Source of the DNA: the human T2T-CHM13v2.0 reference genome, Homo sapiens | Assembly: GCF_009914755.1 (NCBI RefSeq) | Contig: NC_060925.1 | Direction: 5' to 3' (one strand) | DNA: 64,000 bases | Shown: positions 61,570 through 64,000 of the stretch, in pieces | How the letters are laid out: every line of letters starts with the position of its first letter | Numbering within the stretch: position 1 is the first letter of the stretch | The notes under the pieces: model-generated | What the model was told of the DNA's origin: nothing | What the model saw: the letters and a program-made list of their open reading frames with translations, nothing else | The model's database searches: none | Made by a program: the position numbers and the translations under genes

Positions 61570-63284
61570 CACTTATAGGCATGAGAAAAATAAAACAGTA
61601 CAAAATTACTTAGAACACTAGAAAACTGAACAAAACATGTGAAACAACAGCGTTCAGACACTGGACTATGGACTGCCCAGGACTGTGACCCCTGAGAGAA
61701 GGGAAGCAGGGAGGGCAAGTCGGATAATCCTTCAGTCTTGCTGCCTGGAAGCAGTTTCTGAACTGCAGTTCAGGGAAGGGGAATTCAAACAGATTCTGGA
61801 AATCTCACCAAATTGAGACAAAATAAATCAGAGTTCAGGGAGGTCAAACAGCCAGAATGTGGGGCAGAGAACAGACAGGAGAGGATTTCACAGAGAAAGA
61901 ATTCCAGAAATCTGAACAGGGGTCCCTTGAGTCTGAAAAACCAGTCACTATGTGGTTAGGATAAAACTCCACAAGGTGGAGCAAAGAATAATTTCCAGGA
62001 AAAGAACAATTACCAGAGAGCTGTAAGCCAAAAAGTTTCTAGAGCTTACACAGAAGTGGGAATCATTTGAATGTCCACCAGCCACAGGGTAGGGAGACTT
62101 CATTGAATTACAGAGATCCCACTCAGCAGAGACCCCAGAAGGGTCAAGTGTTAGGAATGCGACTAAATTAGTCCTAGAGTAAAGGCTACTCTAGATCTGC
62201 TTTATAAGAGCTTAAAAACAAGCTCTCTGTGGGCCACACTGATCCTCAAGTAATTTAACTGCCTGTCAGAACAAACTCCAACTTGTAAAGGAATAAAATA
62301 ATATCTAGCACTCAACAACGAAAGAAATGCCTACATCAATAAAAAAATTACTAGATTTATAAGAAATAAAAAAGTGCCACATAACCAGTAAAAAAATCAG
62401 TCAATAAAAAAACTTTGAAATAATAAAGAAGATGAAATTATCAGATGAAAACATTAAAACAGGTATTATGAATGGGATTGATATGCTAAAATATTTAAAT
62501 AAAAACATAAATATAATTATGAGAGAAATGGAAACTATAAAAGAGAAACCAATGAAAAGAATAACATCTGAAAACAAAATTTTACTGAGTGGAATTTACA
62601 GATCAGACACTCTAGAAGAACAGAGCAATGAACTTGAATCCAGAGAGACAGAGAGACAGAGAGAGAGAGATGACAAAAAACAAACAAACAAACAACAACA
62701 AAAAAACACTTGAAGAAATAGTCCCTGAAAATTTTCCAAAAATTGATGAAACCCACAGATCTAGGAACAAACCCCAATTAGCAGCATAAACACAATTAAA
62801 ACAACACTAAGGCACATTATAATCAAATTGCTGAAAACCTGTGATAAAGAGAAAAATCTTAAAACTATTAAATAGCTGGAGAAAAGAGAGGCACATTATA
62901 TCAGAGATAAATAAAGATTAGAATTATTGCAAACTTCTTATCAGAAATTATGCAAACCTTAAGACAATGAAGCAATATCTTTTAAGTACTGAAAGAAAAA
63001 AAAAGAAAAAATTATCAACCTACAATTCTATACCCAGTGCAAAAATAAAGGTGAAATAAAGACTTTCAGATAAGTAAAAGCTGAAAGAATTTCTCAACAG
63101 TAGGCCTTTGCTACAAGAATTATAATTCTTTATGAAGTTTTTCAGACAGAAGGAAACCAGATATAACCTGGATCTACACAAAGAAATGAAAAATGCCATA
63201 TATAATTAGTATGTAGGTAAATGAGATGTTTTTTTCTTATTTTTACTTTTCTTAAAAGATAAATTTACTATTTAAAGCAAAATA
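61570..63284 (+). mobile_element. Old L1M 5' region / ORF1 remnant
   Basis: A-rich; gaaaattttccaaaattgatgaaa, cattataatcaaattgctgaaaacc and aacctacaattctatacccag are L1 ORF1 motifs; many stops. Confidence 0.7.
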
Positions 63285-64000
63285 TAGTCACGCATTGCTT
63301 TGCAATGTGGATATGTTCTGAGAAATGCATCATTAGGCAAATTCATCATTGTGTGAACATCACAGGGTGTACTTACACAAACCTCAATGGTAAAGCCTAC
63401 TACATACATAGGCTGTATGGTATAGCCTATGTTCTAGGCTACAAACCTCTACAGAGTGATACTGTACTCAATACTGTTGGTAATTATAACACAATGGTAA
63501 GTACTTGTGTATCTAAACATAGCTAAACATAGAACAGATACAGTAAAAATAAAGTATAAAAGATAATAAATGGTACATGTGTATAGGGCACTTACCCTAT
63601 ATGGAGCTTGTAGGGCTGGAAGTTGCTCTGGGTGAGACAATGAGTAAGTGGTGAATGAATGTGAAGGCTGAGGACATTACTGTACACTACTGTAGACTTT
63701 ACAGACACTATATACTCAGGGTACATTAAGTTTATATAAATATTTTTTTCTTCAATAATAAATTAACCCTAGCTTCCTGTAATCTTTTTACTTTATAGGC
63801 TTTAAAAAATTTTAAACTTTTTGGCTCTTTTGTAATAGCATTTAGTTTAAAACACAATCATATAGCTGTACAAAAATATTCTTTCTTTATATCCTTATTT
63901 TATAAGCATTTTTCTATTTTTAAAGATTTTTAGACACATTTTAAATGTTTTTGTTAAAAACAGACACAAACACACATATTAGCCCAGGCCTACACCAGGT
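63285..64000. mobile_element. Tigger3 (Golem) family element, running off the window end
   Basis: agtca...ggatatgttctgagaaatgcatcattaggc...gtgtacttacacaaacct 5' region. Confidence 0.75.

Overview
This is primate (human or great-ape) nuclear DNA. Positions 1 to about 11.2 kb hold the last three coding exons and the 3' UTR of URB2 (ribosome biogenesis factor, + strand). The remaining ~53 kb is repeat-rich intergenic DNA. It contains two processed pseudogenes on the - strand (KIAA1191/p33MONOX and HMGB1), about 33 Alu/FLAM copies, old L1s, solo LTRs with intact TSDs (LTR7/HERV-H, MER11/HML-8, THE1), DNA-transposon fossils and microsatellites. I see no new protein-coding system; almost all listed ORFs are Alu-derived, low-complexity or chance. 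The most unusual signals are mutational scars. These are a perfect 107-bp templated insertion copied from 1.57 kb upstream, an older 38-bp one, three fold-back/snap-back structures and a probable L1PB 3' transduction. There is also an LTR7up-like solo LTR whose poly(A) signal is mutated, and a 200-codon ORF still open in the KIAA1191 retrocopy. Repeat family names come from remembered consensus sequences, not from a search. Repeat boundaries without a stated TSD are approximate.
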